Source: an uncultured archaeon
GTDB taxonomy: Archaea > Asgardarchaeota > Lokiarchaeia > Sigyniarchaeales > Promethearchaeaceae
NCBI GenBank assembly: GCA_964426185.1
Contig: CAYRPF010000067.1
Location: 1-19,221, forward strand
Direction: 5' to 3'
Length of the DNA: 19,221 nt
Below the pieces are notes generated by a model, which worked only from the letters and a program-made list of their open reading frames with translations, was not told the origin of the DNA and made no database searches. Below, piece after piece: positions 15,353-19,221 of this stretch (its first letter is position 1; every line of letters starts with the position of its first letter). Made by a program: the position numbers and the translations under genes.

Positions 15353-17179
15353 ATGAGTAGAAATTCACCCAATTCGGGAGATCTTCCAGAAATTCATTGT
15401 CCCGAATGTCAATTCCGATTAGATCCCCAATTAGTGCAATTACTTCTATCAGGAAAAACTGTTTATTGTGAACAGTGTGGATTTCCATTCCATGGAATTG
15501 AATCAGGTGAAGTTAAACCCTTAGAGAAAAAGCGAGAGGATGCATTTCAGCAGAAAAATTTAACTAAAGAAGAAATCCAATGGATTGAGTGGAAAAAGGA
15601 ATGGCAAAAAATAAAATTTGAATTGAAAAACAATTTTTCCCATCTAATGTCAGAAATATTCCACAAAACATCACACTCATCTAAAAAAGAAATAGATGCT
15701 ACATTATCACATGGAAAAAACACCGAAAAATCGCCCGAAAATTCAAGCAAAATAGCCTCTAAAGCAAACGTGATACATTCTACTAATATTTTCCATCTAA
15801 AAACAGCTGAAAAAGTGCTGACAGATCTCACCCCTTTTTATTATACAGTTATTCTTTTAATCACCTTATTTACAACACTATACAATCAATCTTGGTTCCG
15901 TCTAATAGGATTATTAATTATTGAAATTTATATTATTATTTATGATCATCGTGAATTTCTATATCAAGAACGCAATAATCTGGTGATTCATGCTGGAATT
16001 CCAATGATTCTGTTTGGTTTAGTGAGTTTAGGGGCGAATGGAATTGGAATATTTTTATTGGCTCGTGGGATAATAAGCTTATTAATATTTCTTGACGAAG
16101 TGAAAGAAATTTCCAAGGAACATCCAATTATTCACTCAAATCCGCTTTTACAAATGATCTGGATACGAGAAATTGTGTTTTCTTTTATCCCCTATCTTTT
16201 TGGAATTTTAATTACTTTTTTCATTGCGGGATTGCTTCAAAAGTTAGGATTTTTGATATTTGGAGGAAGAAATTTGGGTAATTTTCTTTATACTCTTATA
16301 TCTGGCGGAATAGTTATCATAATTTTATATGTGCAGATAATTCCTATTCTAAAAACGGAAAAATTGCAAAATATTCCGACAGAAAAAGCCGTTATTTTAA
16401 TCATATGTGGGGTTTTTACATTAAATCTTGGTCCAGGCATATTTTTCGTAATAATGGGTATATTGATTCTGAATTTTCAAAGTTTTAGAAAGAAAACTAA
16501 CCAAAAATTGCCAGAAGTGCGCGAAATTAGAGATTTGGTGGATATATTAGCATATCCATCTCTGTTTTCAGATGACACGCCTTCGCGCATAATTGACCGA
16601 TCTATCCTACCTAAAAGGAAATCCCAGAATATTTCTTCACCGCTCCCATATAAGCGCCCATCTTCTTCTAGAATCAAACGCTATAATGCTCAAACAGGCG
16701 AATTAATAACACCTGATAAGCCATTTACTTCAACACAATTTAAACATCCAGAAATCAGTTTAACCAAGCCAAAAACATCAATTACTACTAACCAAAAAAC
16801 AAAAAAAAAAAATTCAGAAATTAAACAAGAATACATTCGAGCTGTACCAAAAGAAGGTGAAATTTCTCAGTTAATATTCACTGTATTGGAACCAGTAATA
16901 AGAACCAAATTAATGCAATTACCTATTTCAAAGAGTGATAAAGATGAAATTTCAAAAACCTTTCTGTATTTGACTCCAAAACAACAAGAAAAATACCTTG
17001 AAGAGTTGCAGTTAGTTAATTCGATTGTGGAAACAGTAAATGCAAAATATATAAATCAGATTCGTTCTTTGAATATTCCAAGGAAACAACAAGATTTTTT
17101 AATTAAACAATTAAATTATTTACCAGAGGAAGAATTGGATGAATTTCTGTACGTTTTGAAAAAAAACATCCAAAAATAG
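15353..17179 (+). CDS. Hypothetical polytopic membrane protein with N-terminal Zn ribbon and duplicated C-terminal helical module
   Basis: CPEC-x19-CEQC, roughly 7-8 hydrophobic segments, basic/Pro-rich linker, two similar C-terminal helical units. ATG 15353 or GTG 15344 start. Confidence 0.8.
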   Translation: MSRNSPNSGDLPEIHCPECQFRLDPQLVQLLLSGKTVYCEQCGFPFHGIESGEVKPLEKKREDAFQQKNLTKEEIQWIEWKKEWQKIKFELKNNFSHLMSEIFHKTSHSSKKEIDATLSHGKNTEKSPENSSKIASKANVIHSTNIFHLKTAEKVLTDLTPFYYTVILLITLFTTLYNQSWFRLIGLLIIEIYIIIYDHREFLYQERNNLVIHAGIPMILFGLVSLGANGIGIFLLARGIISLLIFLDEVKEISKEHPIIHSNPLLQMIWIREIVFSFIPYLFGILITFFIAGLLQKLGFLIFGGRNLGNFLYTLISGGIVIIILYVQIIPILKTEKLQNIPTEKAVILIICGVFTLNLGPGIFFVIMGILILNFQSFRKKTNQKLPEVREIRDLVDILAYPSLFSDDTPSRIIDRSILPKRKSQNISSPLPYKRPSSSRIKRYNAQTGELITPDKPFTSTQFKHPEISLTKPKTSITTNQKTKKKNSEIKQEYIRAVPKEGEISQLIFTVLEPVIRTKLMQLPISKSDKDEISKTFLYLTPKQQEKYLEELQLVNSIVETVNAKYINQIRSLNIPRKQQDFLIKQLNYLPEEELDEFLYVLKKNIQK

Positions 17180-17236
17180 CGCAATATTATCATGTAATCA
17201 TTAATACTAATAATTAAACATTCTTGGAGGGATACC

Positions 17237-18256
17237 ATTATCGCAGAAAAAGAATTAATAAAACCCACAGAAAAAGAAGAAATTGAGAAAAAGAAAGAGG
17301 AAAATGGTATCCCTAACTCTCTAAGAGATTCTTTTTCAGATGCCAAAACAACCTCAACTAAAGCGAGTTTAAGCGCGAAACCACTAAATTTAGCTCCATT
17401 CCCTCAAACTACATCTCGAGCACAATCTTCGAAATCTTCGAGCGAACGAACAATTCAAGCATTTAAAGCCGCTAAAATTGATCCCCTAAAAAAAATTCAT
17501 GACGATTTTGAAAAACTTTCAGAATTAGAACAAAGTGTTTTGCGAATTGCAGAAGAAATTTTGAAACAAAAGCGATATAAGGCGGAAATATCAGTCGAAA
17601 GGGTTGAAATGCTAAGTCCTTTAATGGAAAAACTCTATTCGAAATGTATTGCCAGATTAACCCATACCAAAGGTTATAGTAAAGATCAGATATTTGAAGC
17701 GATTAAATCTCTTTCTGAGAAAAAATGGATTGTTTCAGAGCAAAGACGATCTCGGCGAGAAATTCTTGAAACCGAAACTCTTCAGAAAGTACTTTCATTT
17801 ATTCATGATTATCCTGGCACACATGCGCGAGATGAACGAATAGAACATATAATTGGAATTACCCGAAACCCTTTTATTAAACACGTAATGGTTCTTGAAG
17901 CTTTTGGATTAGTTCGCTCAAAAAAAATCGGAAGAACCCTAAATTACTTTCTAGCAAACTTACCTGAAATTTTCGATGAATTTGTTGTCCTTTTTTCCAA
18001 TCCTTTAGTGGTAGACATAATTAAACTACTTTTAAAAGAAGAAAATATCGGATTATCTGAAATAGCTCGTCGATTAGGTGTTTACCATGGAGCTATTCAA
18101 TACCATGTTAAATCATTAGAAACTAAGGACATTTTAATTAAAGAAAATAACAAGATGCGCATAAATCGTAATCTCCTTAAAAGTTATAATGATTTGTATA
18201 AAATTCCTCCTTTTCAAGAATTTATATTAAAAAATAGTTCATTCAGCAAAAAATGA
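17237..18256 (+). CDS. Multi-wHTH transcriptional regulator (COG3398-like tandem HTH plus N-terminal extension)
   Basis: FIHDYPG...HV.VLE.FGLVRS...G....YF and IIKLL....GLSEIARRLGV.HGAIQYHVKSLE motifs. The frame is open from 17198; GGAGG at 17226-17230 precedes in-frame ATT 17237 and ATC 17240. Start is uncertain (the track gives TTG 17540). Confidence 0.78.
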   Translation: MIAEKELIKPTEKEEIEKKKEENGIPNSLRDSFSDAKTTSTKASLSAKPLNLAPFPQTTSRAQSSKSSSERTIQAFKAAKIDPLKKIHDDFEKLSELEQSVLRIAEEILKQKRYKAEISVERVEMLSPLMEKLYSKCIARLTHTKGYSKDQIFEAIKSLSEKKWIVSEQRRSRREILETETLQKVLSFIHDYPGTHARDERIEHIIGITRNPFIKHVMVLEAFGLVRSKKIGRTLNYFLANLPEIFDEFVVLFSNPLVVDIIKLLLKEENIGLSEIARRLGVYHGAIQYHVKSLETKDILIKENNKMRINRNLLKSYNDLYKIPPFQEFILKNSSFSKK

Positions 18257-18313
18257 ATTATCCAAATCTAAAAGTTAAATGTTTTAAAAAGATTTTACCT
18301 TCACTAAAATATT

Positions 18314-19221
18314 ATGGCCAATGAAGTTATTCCCGAAATTACACATTCAAATGAGAAACATATTCCAATTGTTGAACTTAATGGAGTTTATAAAATTTTC
18401 AAACAGAAGAAAATAGAAGTAATGGCACTTCGCGGAATTGATCTAAAAATCTATCCAGGTGAACTAATCGTTATTATGGGTCCCAGTGGTTCAGGAAAAA
18501 CCACGCTGTTGAATTGCTTATGCGGAATTGAGCGGCCTAATGCGGGTTCTGTCAAAATAAAAGGTATGGAAATTACTAAACTGCGGGATGAGGGAATTCA
18601 AAAACTTTTACAAGAAGAAATCGGCATCGTTTTTCAATCTTTTAACTTAATTCCCAGTCTTACCGCAGCAGGGAATGTTGAACTTCCTATGATAGTGTTA
18701 GGAAATTTAAAGAAAGAAGAACGTAAGAAAAGAGTTGAAAGTTTATTAACCCAAGTGGGGTTAGATCATCGTCTTCACCATCGTCCTTCTACCCTTTCTG
18801 GAGGAGAAAAACAGAGGTTATCAATTGCAATGGCTTTTGCGAATGATCCAGCAATTGTGATTGCAGATGAACCCACTGCCAATGTCGATTCAGTTTCTGC
18901 GGAGAATATCATGCAAGTTTTCAAAGATTTTATGGCTTCAAATCCCAACAAAGCACTTCTAATTGTTACTCATGATCCGGCTCTCCGTAAAATTGCGGAT
19001 TATACATTAGTTATTCGAGACGGCCAATTTGTGCGGAGAATTGAAAATGTCGATGATCATGATATAGATGTTCAAGCAGACAGCCAAACTGACGATGAAT
19101 TTATAATTAATCTCAATGGATCTAGAACAGATGCTAAGACTTCGCGGGTGATTCAGAAACACAATTATCCACATTTAGCAGAAATTGAAATTTGTCCACA
19201 TTGCCATAGCCGAAATATCGT
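18314..19221 (+). CDS. ABC ATP-binding protein (LolD/MacB/MJ0796-like) with C-terminal extension, 3'-truncated by the window edge
   Basis: Translated by hand: ALRGIDL, Walker A GPSGSGKTT, VFQSFNLIP, LSGGEKQR, IADEPT, VTHD, then an acidic linker and CPHC. No stop before the window end; not in the supplied ORF track. Confidence 0.93.
   Translation, partial: MANEVIPEITHSNEKHIPIVELNGVYKIFKQKKIEVMALRGIDLKIYPGELIVIMGPSGSGKTTLLNCLCGIERPNAGSVKIKGMEITKLRDEGIQKLLQEEIGIVFQSFNLIPSLTAAGNVELPMIVLGNLKKEERKKRVESLLTQVGLDHRLHHRPSTLSGGEKQRLSIAMAFANDPAIVIADEPTANVDSVSAENIMQVFKDFMASNPNKALLIVTHDPALRKIADYTLVIRDGQFVRRIENVDDHDIDVQADSQTDDEFIINLNGSRTDAKTSRVIQKHNYPHLAEIEICPHCHSRNI

Noticed and set aside
180-17346. Short antisense or overlapping ORFs in the track (e.g. 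180-440, 1196-1420, 5052-5288, 6738-7052, 8093-8359, 15547-15831, 17116-17346)
   Set aside because: They are shadows of well-supported genes and show no recognisable motifs.
1-19221. CRISPR array, tRNA/rRNA, transposase, integrase or defence system
   Set aside because: No spaced repeat array, cloverleaf, or recombinase/nuclease defence motifs were recognised by eye; tRNAscan-SE and Infernal would be needed to exclude small RNAs formally.

Overview
AT-rich, gene-dense prokaryotic window. It is most likely from an Asgard archaeon (Lokiarchaeia-like); this is an inference from a Rab-like small GTPase lacking a prenylation tail, archaeal-type EndoIV, HD, lysine-methyltransferase and multi-wHTH proteins, and zinc-ribbon membrane proteins, mixed with bacterial-type ilvE, adk, purH and 5-FCL. 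Gene order: two tandem branched-chain aminotransferases; a divergent pair of a 3beta-HSD-like extended SDR and an SRD5A/DET2-like steroid 5-alpha-reductase with palindromes between them; adenylate kinase; a LeuC/LeuD-type hydro-lyase; a class I methyltransferase; an HD protein; a Rab-like GTPase; a decayed PatB/MalY remnant; guaB and purH; a small wHTH protein; 5-formyl-THF cyclo-ligase; a Zn-finger membrane protein; EndoIV; a GC-rich intergenic hairpin; and a co-oriented trio of a Zn-ribbon polytopic membrane protein, a multi-wHTH protein that probably starts at a non-AUG codon, and an ABC ATPase with a C-terminal CxxC (truncated, absent from the ORF track). The best candidates for an undescribed system are the steroid/isoprenoid redox pair with its putative operator and the terminal three-gene cluster. 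No rRNA, tRNA, CRISPR array or transposase was recognised.
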